Assembly: GCA_965203555.1 (NCBI GenBank)
Contig: CBDBCY010000004.1
Location: forward strand, 32,001-96,000
Reading direction: 5' to 3'
DNA from: Acidimicrobiia bacterium
GTDB taxonomy: Bacteria; Actinomycetota; Acidimicrobiia; Spongiisociales; ZC4RG35
DNA length: 64,000 bases
Shown: positions 48,091-58,721 of the stretch, in pieces
Layout of the letters: every line of letters begins with the position of its first letter
Position numbering within the stretch: the stretch's first letter is position 1
Program-made: the position numbers and the translations under genes
The notes under the pieces: generated by a model
Databases searched by the model: none
Seen by the model: only the letters and a program-made list of their open reading frames with translations
What the model was told of the DNA's origin: nothing

Positions 48091-48513
48091 ATCTTCGAGT
48101 GTAGTCTGTCCGCCACCCGGTCAAACAGGTCAACGCCGACTCCACGCAGCCGCCGCCCACGCGTTCAGGCATGTGAACGCCAGACCCGACCCATCCCGTC
48201 ATTCGACAGACATAACCAAAGGGAGGCCGGGCGTCACCCGATCCTCCCATCCGGTCATCCGGCAACGAGACGGCTTTCGGCCGGGGCTCTCGGGTGGCCA
48301 GGCCCACTGTGTCGCCGCAACCCGGTCCGGGACCCCTTCACAAGTTGCCTACGTTTTCAAACCTCGGCAGGCGGACAGACACGAACCGGGGTATCGACGG
48401 ATCTCTCCCGCGTACACCTTCGGACAGTCGGGTCCCTAACCGCCGGTCCGGTTGCGCCTTTCAAAGTGCCCGGCATGTCAGCGGGCCCGGCTTGACGCCC
48501 CACCGCGGGCCGG

Positions 48514-48740
48514 TCACTGCTGTGCCTTAATCATACACCACCAACCGGCCTGATCGGGATGGTCGCGCCGGCACTGCTCGTACTTGTTCCGGTCGATTCC
48601 GCTGGCGACGATGTTGCCCTGCCCGAATATGCCACCAGGTGCGACGTCTGATGGTGCGTGCGTCGTCGTGGTGGTGACCTGCTGCTCGGCCACGGCAAAC
48701 GTCGTGGTTGTTGTGGTGGTGGTCGGGATCGGGTCGGGTT
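48514..48740 (-). pseudogene. C-terminal fragment of a Thr-rich protein ending KYEQCRRDHPDQAGWWCMIKAQQ*
   Basis: Alternative-frame translation PDPIPTTTTTTTTFAVAEQQVTTTTTHAPS...; no start codon, abuts the terminase fragment. Confidence 0.5.
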
Positions 48741-49039
48741 CGGACTCCGCCCTTGGCGCCCTTTATCAGCACCCCATCCTTCTCGAGGATCGCCTGCGCC
48801 TGGTAGTAGCGGGACATGCTGTTGCAGTAGCGCATCAGAATGTTGGTGTCCGCCCGGGTCAACAGCCCCTTGACCGACGACAACGCCGCTATCACGTCGT
48901 CCCACACCCTCGACGCGGTTTCGTTCAGTCCGGACGGTTTCCGGGAGGCACCCTTGGGGCGGGGTTCCCCGTCCCGGTCCCGCGGGTAGCCCCCGGTCGC
49001 TTCGATCAGAGCGGTCGGTTTGCGAGGACGCCCAGCCAC
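48740..49039 (-). pseudogene. Phage terminase small subunit (P27 family), C-terminally truncated
   Basis: GRPRKPTAL...EP.P...P..L...A..VW...L...GLLT.AD...L..YC......Y......L..DG. Confidence 0.8.
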
Positions 49040-49046
49040 TGGCGTA

Positions 49047-50072
49047 TCACTCCCCCGGACACCAGGTCCAGTGGCACCGCTTGGCCTTCTCGTATTCCTC
49101 GTCGGAGGGGTAATCATCCCGTTTGGGCTCTGTGTTGGCCCGGCAGGTGAGCCAGTCCCCGTTGACGCACGGGTCGGACGAAGCCGGAGGCGGAGGCGTC
49201 CAAGCTGTGGTCGTCGTCGTGGCGGGCGCCGCCGTAGTGGTCGTGGTCGTTGGGCAGGGAGTGCCCTCGGGATACCAGACACCCGCGCAGACGTGACCTC
49301 CTATCGAGGGCCGGGTCGTGTCCGGCGGGGGATGGTCCGCTCCCCGGCGGGACCGACCCGACCTGGTGGTCGTGGTGGTGACCTCCACCGGGGCGTGACC
49401 GGGACGCACGTCGTAGAACTTCGTCCCGTGATGTCTGGTCACCACCTTCACCCGATAGAACTTGTCCTCGATGTCATAGGACTGTCCGGTGCCCTCCGGT
49501 CGGTGACGACCACCCGGGTCGCTGTACCAGTTGATGTTCGTTCCCCGGTGGACATCAGCAAGAACGGTGTCGACGTGCTGCCAACGCCCGCGCTCGTCCC
49601 ACAGGAACACCTCGCGTTCGCCGTCATCGGGGAGGCGCAGGCACCACAGGGACGGTGCCCTGTCCGGGCGCGACCCTCCCCCGGTGGTGTTGTGGCACCA
49701 CCCTCGGGCCGGGTAGACGGTCGTCGGGGTCTGAGGCTCGTTCTCCAGATTGGCGGATTCGGGGATGAGCGGCCCGGACTTCTCCCACGCCTCAGTGGGA
49801 TCGAGCGGCCCACTGCTACCGTCCACGGGCGTGCACCATTCGCTGATGTGCCGCCCGTTCACTTCCTGTTCGTAAGTGTGTCCGGGTGGACAGGTGGGGC
49901 GCGCCTCGGCCCTCTCGGCGCCCACTGCCGCGGCAACCAGCAGCAACAGCAGCGCCAGGATCAGGTAGACGGTCACCCATTGAACCGCCGAAGACAGAAC
50001 GAGAACGGGCGTCCGGATCCCACCAAGTCTGCTTCCGCGTCTGCGTCGCCATAAGTTCGTACTTGTGCTCAT
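49047..50072 (-). CDS. Secreted Cys/Trp-rich protein with poly-Thr linkers
   Basis: GAAAGGAA RBS, signal peptide ending AEA, 10 Cys, TTTTT tracts. Confidence 0.7.
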   Translation of the reverse strand: MSTSTNLWRRRRGSRLGGIRTPVLVLSSAVQWVTVYLILALLLLLVAAAVGAERAEARPTCPPGHTYEQEVNGRHISEWCTPVDGSSGPLDPTEAWEKSGPLIPESANLENEPQTPTTVYPARGWCHNTTGGGSRPDRAPSLWCLRLPDDGEREVFLWDERGRWQHVDTVLADVHRGTNINWYSDPGGRHRPEGTGQSYDIEDKFYRVKVVTRHHGTKFYDVRPGHAPVEVTTTTTRSGRSRRGADHPPPDTTRPSIGGHVCAGVWYPEGTPCPTTTTTTAAPATTTTTAWTPPPPASSDPCVNGDWLTCRANTEPKRDDYPSDEEYEKAKRCHWTWCPGE

Positions 50073-50532
50073 GAGAACATTCCTTTCACACGGGATGACT
50101 TCCCCATCGGAAGCCACGCGGGTAGGGGAAATCCACCAGTGAGGCGTTGCTTCGGATCAGACACCGAAATTGTTCTGAACGGGCACATCCCACAGCGCCG
50201 GAGGCGCCACCGCTACAACCAGCCGCACAGCAACACCCAAATGCCCCCGCGGGGGGGGGGTGTTGAGAGCCCTCCTTCCCACATGGTGTCACATGTTACA
50301 TCCATCTCCTCGAACAAAGTGGGATATTGTCCGCCTTTTTAGGGGATTTATATACCGTTAATGGCGATCATCGGTTGGTGGCGGGAACAGCTCGGGAGTT
50401 GGAGGGCGACCACCACTGGAACTTGCCCTTCCTTAGCTACCAGGGAGACTATCGGGCAGGAAGTGACCAGGCGCGGGCCGGCCCAACCGGAAGGAGGCAG
50501 GCAGGTGGAACGCGACGGGTAGCATCTTGGGC

Positions 50533-51690
50533 ATGCTTCGGTTTCTGACTGCCGGTGAGTCGCATGGACCCGGGTTGGTGACCGTTGTCGAAGGGTTACC
50601 GGCCGGGTTGGCTTTCAGCGTCGATGATCTGGCGGGGGAGTTGGCGCGGCGGCGGATGGGGTTCGGGAGGGGGAATCGCATGAAACTCGAGCAGGACGAA
50701 CTGGAGATCATGGGAGGGGTGCGTCACGGTTACACGCTGGGGAGCCCGGTGGCGGTGATCATACGCAATACCGAGTGGCCCAGGTGGGAGAGGGAGATGA
50801 GCCCCTTTCCCGGACATGAGCCCCGGCGGCGGATGACGGCTCCCCGGCCCGGTCATGCCGACCTGGCGGGGATGATCAAATACAACACCCATGATGCCCG
50901 AAACATCCTGGAACGGGCCTCGGCCCGCGAGACCGCCGCCCGGACGGTGGTCGGTTATTTGTGCAAGGCGCTTCTGGCCGCGCTGGACGTGGAACTGTTC
51001 AGCCATGTGGTGGCCATCGGGGGCGCCACGGCGCCCGACCATCCGCTTCCGGTTCCCGCCGATCTGGAGACCATCGACCGGTCGCCGGTGCGAGTCTTCC
51101 ACTCGGAGGCGGAGGCGGCGATGATTGCATTGATCGAGGCGGCCAAGGCGGACCGCAACACCCTGGGCGGGGTGGTGGAGGTCCTGGCGTACGGCGTGCC
51201 GCCGGGAATAGGCAGTTACGTCCACTGGGACCGCAAGCTCGACGGCCTTTTGGCCGGGGCACTGATGTCGATTCATGCCATCAAGGGAGTGGAGGTGGGG
51301 GATGGGTTTCGTTCGGCGGCGCGGCGGGGAACGGTTGCCCACGATGAGATCTACTACGAGGAGCAGGAGGGGTACTATCGCCGGACCAACCGGGCCGGGG
51401 GCACCGAGGGAGGCATTACCCTGGGGGGAATTCTCAGGGTGCGGGCCGCAATGAAACCCATCTCCACTGTGATGCGGCCCCTCGACACCGTTGACGTGGA
51501 CACCCGCCGGCCCCACAAGGCCTTTCGGGAACGCTCCGACGTGTGCGCGGTCCCCGCCGCCGGAGTGGTTGCCGAGCAGATGGTGGCGTTCGTCCTCGCC
51601 CGGGAGGTGCAGCGGATGGTGGGAGGCGATACGGTCGACGATCTCCGAGCAGGTTGGGAATCCCACTGGAGAAAGGTGGAGCGGTTCTGA
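50533..51690 (+). CDS. aroC: Chorismate synthase
   Basis: TAGESHG, PRPGHADL, ERASARETA, AMKPIST, ERSDVC. Confidence 0.97.
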   Translation: MLRFLTAGESHGPGLVTVVEGLPAGLAFSVDDLAGELARRRMGFGRGNRMKLEQDELEIMGGVRHGYTLGSPVAVIIRNTEWPRWEREMSPFPGHEPRRRMTAPRPGHADLAGMIKYNTHDARNILERASARETAARTVVGYLCKALLAALDVELFSHVVAIGGATAPDHPLPVPADLETIDRSPVRVFHSEAEAAMIALIEAAKADRNTLGGVVEVLAYGVPPGIGSYVHWDRKLDGLLAGALMSIHAIKGVEVGDGFRSAARRGTVAHDEIYYEEQEGYYRRTNRAGGTEGGITLGGILRVRAAMKPISTVMRPLDTVDVDTRRPHKAFRERSDVCAVPAAGVVAEQMVAFVLAREVQRMVGGDTVDDLRAGWESHWRKVERF

Positions 51691-52202
51691 CCCCCAAATT
51701 GTGGCTGATAGGGATGATGAGTTCCGGGAAGACCAAGGTGGGCCGGATGCTGTCGCATCGCAGCGGTCTGCCCTTCGTGGATGTGGACGACGAGATCGTG
51801 GAGCGGGCCGGGATGAACATTCCTCGGATCTTCGCCGACCGGGGCGAGCCGGTCTTCCGGGTCATGGAGTCCGAAGAGGTGGAACGCATTGCCGGTGACG
51901 GGCGGCGACTGGTGGTCGCCACCGGCGGGGGAGTGATCCTGGATCAGCGGAGCCGCCGTCTGATGCGGGAGACCGGACTGGTGGTGTGGTTGAAGCCCTC
52001 CCTCTCGTCGCTCATTGCCAAGCGAAAGACCGCCAATCGTCCCCTCCTGCAGGGCTGCTCCGATCTGGCGGCGCGATACACCGAGATCTGGGAAGCCCGA
52101 AAGCACCTCTACCAGGAGGCTGCCCATCTGAGCGTGAACATGGACGGCAAGACCCGGGAACTGGTGGCCGAGGAAGTATGGAGGCTGTGGAAAGCATCCT
52201 GA
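51687..52202 (+). CDS. aroK: Shikimate kinase (start uncertain)
   Basis: GMMSSGKT P-loop, GEPVFR..E, VATGGG, RPLL. Confidence 0.93.
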   Translation: MTPKLWLIGMMSSGKTKVGRMLSHRSGLPFVDVDDEIVERAGMNIPRIFADRGEPVFRVMESEEVERIAGDGRRLVVATGGGVILDQRSRRLMRETGLVVWLKPSLSSLIAKRKTANRPLLQGCSDLAARYTEIWEARKHLYQEAAHLSVNMDGKTRELVAEEVWRLWKAS

Positions 52203-53245
52203 TCGGCGACCGGTGCGAGATACTGGTCTCGGACGGGTTGCCGTCGTCGCTCCTGCCCGCCCGTCGGGGTCTTCCCCCTTCCCGGGTTGTGGTGCTCACC
52301 CAGCCGGGACCGGTCGCCGAAGTGGCCGCCAGGGTTGTCGACCGCATCGAACGGGACTTTGAAGAGGAAAGCGGTCCCACGGCGGCGGTGCACACTGTGC
52401 GGATACCCGACCGTGACGAGGCAAAGACCCTGGGAGTAGCCGAACAGATCTACCGGGAACTCGATAGGCTCAGGGTGGACAGATACGACACGCTGGTGGG
52501 GGTGGGGGGAGGGGCCGCTACCGACCTGGCCGGATTTGTCGCCTCCACGTGGCTTCGAGGAGTGGAGGCGGTATACGTGCCGACCACAATGTTGGGCGCC
52601 GTGGACGCCTCGATCGGAGGAAAGACCGGCGTCAACCGGGAGGGCAAGAACCAGATAGGAACTTTCCGCCATCCCCGCCGGGTGATTGTCTCCGTCGATG
52701 TCCTGAGAGCACTGCCCCGCGGACTGCTCGTCGAGGGGATGGCCGAGACGCTGAAGGCCGGATTGATCGCCGATCCCCAGCTGGTGGGGATACTGGAGGA
52801 GCACGGGTTGGAATCTCCGCTTTCGGAAGTCGTGACCAGGGCGGTGCGGGTGAAGGCCGACGTGGTGGCGGACGACTTCTTCGAGAGGGGCCGCCGGGCG
52901 ATCCTCAACTACGGGCACACTATCGGCCACGCGGTGGAGACGGCCACCGGTGTACCCCACGGTCACGCGGTGGCGGTGGGGATGGTGGCGGCCGCCGCAA
53001 TCTCGGCCGAGAAGGTGGGATATGCCCACCGCAGACGACAGCGGGCGGTGATCGCCTCCCTGGGACTGCCGGTGCATTCCCCGCCGGTTGACCGTCCGGT
53101 GATTATGGAGTTGCTCGGCAGGGACAAGAAACGCCAGGGCGGTCCTCTTCCCAAGATGGTGCTGCTGGAAGACTTCGGCAAGCCGGTGATAGTTGACATC
53201 TCGCCTCAAGACCTGGAGACTGGATTGACGGCGATCGGGTTGTGA
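52178..53245 (+). CDS. aroB: 3-dehydroquinate synthase
   Basis: GGGAATDLAGF, PTT, DASIGGKTG, LNYGHTIGHAVE. Confidence 0.95.
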   Translation: MEAVESILIGDRCEILVSDGLPSSLLPARRGLPPSRVVVLTQPGPVAEVAARVVDRIERDFEEESGPTAAVHTVRIPDRDEAKTLGVAEQIYRELDRLRVDRYDTLVGVGGGAATDLAGFVASTWLRGVEAVYVPTTMLGAVDASIGGKTGVNREGKNQIGTFRHPRRVIVSVDVLRALPRGLLVEGMAETLKAGLIADPQLVGILEEHGLESPLSEVVTRAVRVKADVVADDFFERGRRAILNYGHTIGHAVETATGVPHGHAVAVGMVAAAAISAEKVGYAHRRRQRAVIASLGLPVHSPPVDRPVIMELLGRDKKRQGGPLPKMVLLEDFGKPVIVDISPQDLETGLTAIGL

Positions 53246-53289
53246 TCCTCTACACTTCGGTCTGAATTTCCCCGAGCCAATAGCGAACC

Positions 53290-53847
53290 ATGATCTCCAC
53301 CAATGATGTCCGTCCAGGCATGGCCCTGGAACTGCCCGACGGGATTTTCACCATCGTCACTTACCAGCACGTCAAGCCCGGAAAGGGTAAGGCTTTCGTG
53401 CGGATGAAGATCAAGAACGCCGAGACCGGGCAGGTCCTGGATCGGACCTTCCGGGCGGACGAGGATGTGCCCCGGGCGATCATTTCCCGCCGTGACCATC
53501 AGTACCTCTACCAGGACGATCTGGGTTTTCATTTCATGAACCTGGAGGACTACTCCCAGTTCGCTCTCAGTTCCGAAGAAGTCGGAGACGACGCCGGGTA
53601 TCTGGTGGAGGGGATGACCCTGACCATCGCCTTTCACATCGAACGTCCGATCGGCATGGAACTTCCTCCCTCGGTGGAGATGGAGGTGACCTATGCGGAG
53701 CCGGGGGTGAAGGGAGATCGGGTGTCGGGTGCCACCAAGGACGTTGTCGTCGAGACCGGCATCACCATCAAGACGCCGCTGTTCGTGGAGCAGGGTGACC
53801 GCATCAGGGTGGACACCCGCACCGGCGCCTATCTGACCCGAGTGTGA
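53290..53847 (+). CDS. efp: Elongation factor P
   Basis: HVKPGKGKAFVR, PGVKGD, DTRTG.Y. Confidence 0.97.
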   Translation: MISTNDVRPGMALELPDGIFTIVTYQHVKPGKGKAFVRMKIKNAETGQVLDRTFRADEDVPRAIISRRDHQYLYQDDLGFHFMNLEDYSQFALSSEEVGDDAGYLVEGMTLTIAFHIERPIGMELPPSVEMEVTYAEPGVKGDRVSGATKDVVVETGITIKTPLFVEQGDRIRVDTRTGAYLTRV

Positions 53848-55484
53848 AAGGCCAGCCAGGGTCGGAGGAGACTGTCCCGCCGTTCTTCGGTTCCCGCCAC
53901 GACCCGCGCCATCAGGCGCTCGAGGTTCTCTACGGAATGGACATGTCCGGCGGGTCTGCCGCCGAACTGGGCGAATTACTGGCGGACAAGCTTCCCAAGG
54001 CCCGGCGGATTGTGCGGGGGGTGGCCGCTGACACCGACCGGATCGATGCGATTATCGAGAGAGCTGCCCAGGACTGGAAAGCCACCCGCATGCCGCCCAT
54101 CGATCTGGCGATTTTGCGAATGGCGGTGTACGAGCTCCGCCGTCATTCCCGCACCACGGTGGCGGTCATCATCTCCGAGGCGGTCCGAATCGCAGGAGAG
54201 TTCTCCACCGCCCACAGCAGCCGGTTCGTGAACGGCGTTTTGGGGACCGTGGCCGGGTGGATAAGACCTGTCCATGACGCGCCCGCGGTCCAGGCAGCCG
54301 GACCATTCGGGGTCAGGCGCCGGCGACGTTCCACAGCCGGTCTTTTGGTGACCGCCGACGGGGAGGTCTTCCGGGGATGGTCGGTGGGGTCTTCGGGAAC
54401 CACGGTGGGGGAGGTGGTGTTCAACACCGCCATGAGCGGCTACCAGGAGGTTTTCACCGATCCGTCCTATGCGGGACAGATCGTGGTGATGACCGCCCCT
54501 CACATCGGCAACTACGGGGTGACCGACCTGGACTCCCAGGCCGGACGGCCCGCGGCGGCCGGGGTGGTGATGAGATCCTATTCCCACCGCTACTCCAGTT
54601 GGAGGGCGGAGGGCGACTTGTCCGACTTCCTGTCCGACCACGGCATGGTGGCGGTGAGCGGGATCGACACCCGCCGATTGACCCGTCACATCCGGGAGCG
54701 GGGAGCAATGCCCGCTGCTATGGGAGACGGAGTGTCGGCCGCCGAATTGGCCGACATGGCCGCTTCCGCTCCGAAAATGGTGGGCCAGGATCTTGCCTCG
54801 GGGGTCTCCACCGCAGGCTCCTACACGGTGGGCGCCCATGGGTCCTCCCGTGGAAAGGTGGTGGCCATCGACCTGGGAATCAAACGCGACATTCTCGACC
54901 AAATGGCTGGTCGAGGACTTGACGTGGAAGTAGTGCCGTCCGGCGTATCGGCGACGCAAATCCTGGAATACCGGCCCGACGGGGTCTTTCTTTCCAACGG
55001 CCCGGGGGATCCCGAGCCTCTCGAGACCGTGATCACCACCCTGCGGGGGATCTTGGGAAAGACCCCGGTGTTCGGGATATGTCTGGGCCAGCAGGTGATG
55101 GGCCTGGCCCTGGGGGCCGCGACCTACAAGATGCCCTTCGGTCACCACGGCGGGAATCACCCGGTGCGCCGATTGGAGGACGGCAGGGTGGAGATAACCT
55201 CGCAGAACCACGGGTTCTCGGTCGATCTGTGGTCACTGGCCGGGCGTCCGGCGCCTTCCCGGAAGGGGCTGGTCACCTCGGAACTGCTGCCACCCGAAGT
55301 CGAGTCGGAGTTCGGGATGGTGGTCCCGACCCATCAGAACCTCAACGACGGGACTCTGGAGGGTCTCGAGTGCCGGGAAGTGCCCGCCTTCTCGGTGCAG
55401 TACCACCCCGAGGCGGCACCCGGACCGCGGGATGCGGTGGGGCTTTTCGACGACTTTGTGCGCCTGATGGATCGAGGGGTGTAG
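53844..55484 (+). CDS. nusB-carA: In-frame fusion of NusB (N-terminal ~140 aa) and carbamoyl-phosphate synthase small subunit
   Basis: IDLAILRMAVYEL...SEAV...FVNGVL followed without a stop by GEVVFNT.MSGYQE, SNGPGDP, GICLG, QYHPEA. Confidence 0.88.
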   Translation: MKGQPGSEETVPPFFGSRHDPRHQALEVLYGMDMSGGSAAELGELLADKLPKARRIVRGVAADTDRIDAIIERAAQDWKATRMPPIDLAILRMAVYELRRHSRTTVAVIISEAVRIAGEFSTAHSSRFVNGVLGTVAGWIRPVHDAPAVQAAGPFGVRRRRRSTAGLLVTADGEVFRGWSVGSSGTTVGEVVFNTAMSGYQEVFTDPSYAGQIVVMTAPHIGNYGVTDLDSQAGRPAAAGVVMRSYSHRYSSWRAEGDLSDFLSDHGMVAVSGIDTRRLTRHIRERGAMPAAMGDGVSAAELADMAASAPKMVGQDLASGVSTAGSYTVGAHGSSRGKVVAIDLGIKRDILDQMAGRGLDVEVVPSGVSATQILEYRPDGVFLSNGPGDPEPLETVITTLRGILGKTPVFGICLGQQVMGLALGAATYKMPFGHHGGNHPVRRLEDGRVEITSQNHGFSVDLWSLAGRPAPSRKGLVTSELLPPEVESEFGMVVPTHQNLNDGTLEGLECREVPAFSVQYHPEAAPGPRDAVGLFDDFVRLMDRGV

Positions 55485-55490
55485 TCGCTG

Positions 55491-58400
55491 ATGCCCGCCC
55501 GCCGCGACATCCGTTCCATCCTGCTGGTGGGATCGGGGCCGATCGTCATCGGACAGGCCTGTGAGTTCGACTATTCGGGAACTCAGGCCGCCAAGGCCCT
55601 GCGCCGGGAGGGTTACCGGGTGTTGCTGGTCAACTCCAATCCGGCCACCATCATGACCGATCCCGAGTTCGCTGACCAGACCTACGTGGAACCCATCACC
55701 CCCGAGGTGGTCGAACGGATCATCGACAAGGAGCGTCCCGACACCTTGCTGCCGACGCTGGGTGGACAGACGGCCTTGAACATCACCGCCCAACTGGTGG
55801 GGAGGGGGACGCTGGAAAGGTACGGGGTGGAGTTGATCGGGGCGGGAATGGAAGCAATCGAGCGGGCGGAGGATCGGGGGAGATTCCGGGAGGTGATGGC
55901 TGAGGCCGGACTCGAGACACCCAAGGCGGGATACGCCAAGTCGATGCAGGATGCCCGCTCCATCGCCGCCCGACTGGGATACCCCCTCATGATACGACCG
56001 TCCTACATCCTGGGAGGAGGGGGGACCGGGATGGCCTACGACGCCCGGCAGTTCGAACAGGTGGCCCGCCGGGGACTGGCCGCCTCGCCGGTGAGGGAAA
56101 TCCTGGTGGAGGAGTCGGTGGAGGGCTGGAAGGAATTCGAACTGGAGGTGATGAGGGACCACGCCGACAATGCAGTGGTGATCTGTTCGATAGAGAACCT
56201 CGACGCCATGGGCGTGCACACCGGAGATTCGATAACCGTGGCGCCCATCCAGACCCTTTCTGACCGGGAATACCAACAAATGCGGGACGATGGGATCAAG
56301 GTGCTGCGGGCGATCGGGGTGGAGACGGGAGGTTCCAACGTTCAATTCGCGGTGGCGCCGGAATCGGGCCGGCGGCTGGTGATCGAGATGAATCCCCGGG
56401 TCTCCCGTTCCTCGGCCCTGGCCTCCAAGGCCACCGGCTTTCCCATCGCCAAGATCGCCGCGCTGCTGGCGGTGGGTTACACCCTGGACGAGATCACCAA
56501 CGACATCACCGGTCAGACGCCCGCTTCGTTTGAACCGGCGCTTGATTACGTTGTGGTGAAGGCCCCCCGTTTCGATTTCGCCAAGTTCGCGGCAACTCCC
56601 CGCCGGTTGGGGTCTTCAATGCAAAGTGTCGGAGAGGCGATGGCGATCGGACGAACCTTTCCTGAGGCGCTGCAAAAGGCGCTTCGGAGCCTGGAGACCG
56701 GGCGGTTGGGTCTTGGGGCGGATCCCGCCTCCGACCAGATGGAGAAACTGTCCGGCCCGCAACTGAGCGAACTGTTGGCCATTCCCAATCCCGACCGCGT
56801 GGTGGCAGTCGGTGAGGCGCTGCGAAGAGGATGGTCCCCCGAGAAGGTCTGCGGGCTGACCGCCTACGATCCCTGGTTCGCCCACCAGATCGGCGAGATC
56901 GTGCAACTTCGGGAGGAGTTGTGGATCAGGGGTCCGCAGGATGACCTGTGGGGGGACGCCAAGCGCTACGGGTTCTCGGACGCCCAACTTTCATATCTGT
57001 GGGGCAGGACCGAAGAGGAGATCAGACAGGCAAGACTGGCCAGGGGAATCCGGCGGACCTATAAGACGGTGGACACCTGCGCGGCGGAGTTCGAGGCCCA
57101 GACCCCCTACATGTACGGGACCTTTGAGGACGAAGACGAGGTTCCGCCCGCCCGTCGTCCTCGAGTGGTGGTGCTGGGCGCCGGTCCCAACCGGATCGGC
57201 CAAGGGATAGAATTCGACTACTGCTGCGTGCAGGCCGCCTTTGCCTTGGGGGAGGTGGGATACGAGACAGTGATGGTCAACTGCAACCCCGAGACGGTAT
57301 CCACCGACTATGACACCTCCCATCGTCTCTATTTCGAGCCCCTTACGGTGGAGGACGTGCTGGATGTCGTAGCCGCAGAACAGCCGGTGGGGGTGATAGT
57401 GCAGTTCGGCGGACAGACTCCGCTCAACCTGGCCGGAAGGCTCGCCGAGGCAGGGACACCGATCGCCGGGACCTCTCCGGCTTCGATCGACCTGGCCGAA
57501 GACCGGGAAAGCTTCTCGGAGTTGTGCAAGCGATTGGGCATTCTCCAACCCCGCCACGGCTTGGCCCGGTCGCGGTCGGAGGCTCGCCAAGTGGCCGGCG
57601 AGATGGGCTTTCCGGTGGTGGCGCGGCCCTCCTTTGTTTTGGGAGGTAGAAAAATGCAGGTGCTGGCGGATTCCGGGGAACTGGACGTTTACCTGGACGA
57701 GGTATATGGAAACATCGACGAAGCCGATCTGGCCGCCGCCCCGTTGCTGATCGACTCCTTTTTGGAATCGGCGATCGAAATCGATGTCGACGCCGTGTAC
57801 GACGGGGAGGAATTGTTGATGGGAGGCATCATGGAACATGTCGAGGAGGCCGGGGTCCATTCCGGAGACTCTGCTTGCATCACTCCACCTCGCACCCTGG
57901 GCGGGGCCGCTCGCCGCGCGATACATGCCATGACTGCATCCTTGGCTGAAGCTTTGCAAGTGCGGGGTTTGATCAACGTTCAATATGCAGTTAAGGGTGA
58001 GGATGTATATCTACTGGAGGCCAATCCTCGGGCATCCCGCACCGTCCCGTTCATCTCCAAGGTGCGGGGATTGCCCCTGGCCAAGTTGGCGGCCCGGGTG
58101 ATGATGGGCGCCACCCTGGCGGAATTGCGATCAGAAGGACTGTACCGGGAGGGGTCGAAGCCCCCAATGGTCGGAGTCAAGGAGGCTGTATTGCCGTGGG
58201 ATCGCTTCCCCAGTTCCCACCCGGTGCTGGGTCCGGAGATGCGGGCTACCGGGGAGGTCATGGGGGTGGGAACCGACTGGAGGATCGCCTATGGAAAGGC
58301 GTTGCTGGGCGCCGGGGACCGGCTGCGAAGTTCGGGAACGGTGTTGATGCTGCTGGCGGAGGCCGACATAGGCGATGGTGAATCGCTGGTGGCCGGATGG

Positions 58401-58721
58401 AGGAAGCACGGACTTGCCCAGGTGGCTGATCACCGCACGGCGGCAGCCTGGGGCAGTCCCGACGTCCGGTCCCTGCCACCCGGGGAACAGGGCCGCAGCG
58501 CCGCATTGCGGATGATCGAATCGGGGCAGGTGGCTATGGTGATCAACACCTACGGGAGCGATATTTCCCGGTTCGACGGGCGGCGCCTCTATCGGGCCGC
58601 CCGCCGCCAGGGGATTCCCTACATGACCACTTTGGCCGCCGCCGGGGCCTCCGCCGAGATACTGGACTCGGATCTCGAGGCGATCAATGTACCGCGAAGT
58701 CTTCAGGACTGGGGCGGATGA
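55491..58721 (+). CDS. carB: Carbamoyl-phosphate synthase large subunit
   Basis: [46 protein letters not shown]. Confidence 0.98.
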   Translation: MPARRDIRSILLVGSGPIVIGQACEFDYSGTQAAKALRREGYRVLLVNSNPATIMTDPEFADQTYVEPITPEVVERIIDKERPDTLLPTLGGQTALNITAQLVGRGTLERYGVELIGAGMEAIERAEDRGRFREVMAEAGLETPKAGYAKSMQDARSIAARLGYPLMIRPSYILGGGGTGMAYDARQFEQVARRGLAASPVREILVEESVEGWKEFELEVMRDHADNAVVICSIENLDAMGVHTGDSITVAPIQTLSDREYQQMRDDGIKVLRAIGVETGGSNVQFAVAPESGRRLVIEMNPRVSRSSALASKATGFPIAKIAALLAVGYTLDEITNDITGQTPASFEPALDYVVVKAPRFDFAKFAATPRRLGSSMQSVGEAMAIGRTFPEALQKALRSLETGRLGLGADPASDQMEKLSGPQLSELLAIPNPDRVVAVGEALRRGWSPEKVCGLTAYDPWFAHQIGEIVQLREELWIRGPQDDLWGDAKRYGFSDAQLSYLWGRTEEEIRQARLARGIRRTYKTVDTCAAEFEAQTPYMYGTFEDEDEVPPARRPRVVVLGAGPNRIGQGIEFDYCCVQAAFALGEVGYETVMVNCNPETVSTDYDTSHRLYFEPLTVEDVLDVVAAEQPVGVIVQFGGQTPLNLAGRLAEAGTPIAGTSPASIDLAEDRESFSELCKRLGILQPRHGLARSRSEARQVAGEMGFPVVARPSFVLGGRKMQVLADSGELDVYLDEVYGNIDEADLAAAPLLIDSFLESAIEIDVDAVYDGEELLMGGIMEHVEEAGVHSGDSACITPPRTLGGAARRAIHAMTASLAEALQVRGLINVQYAVKGEDVYLLEANPRASRTVPFISKVRGLPLAKLAARVMMGATLAELRSEGLYREGSKPPMVGVKEAVLPWDRFPSSHPVLGPEMRATGEVMGVGTDWRIAYGKALLGAGDRLRSSGTVLMLLAEADIGDGESLVAGWRKHGLAQVADHRTAAAWGSPDVRSLPPGEQGRSAALRMIESGQVAMVINTYGSDISRFDGRRLYRAARRQGIPYMTTLAAAGASAEILDSDLEAINVPRSLQDWGG

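Noticed and set aside
50287-50300. TGTCACATGTTACA as a fifth damage-type promoter
   Set aside because: No TAnnnT at the N10 spacing and no adjacent start codon; may be an unrelated operator
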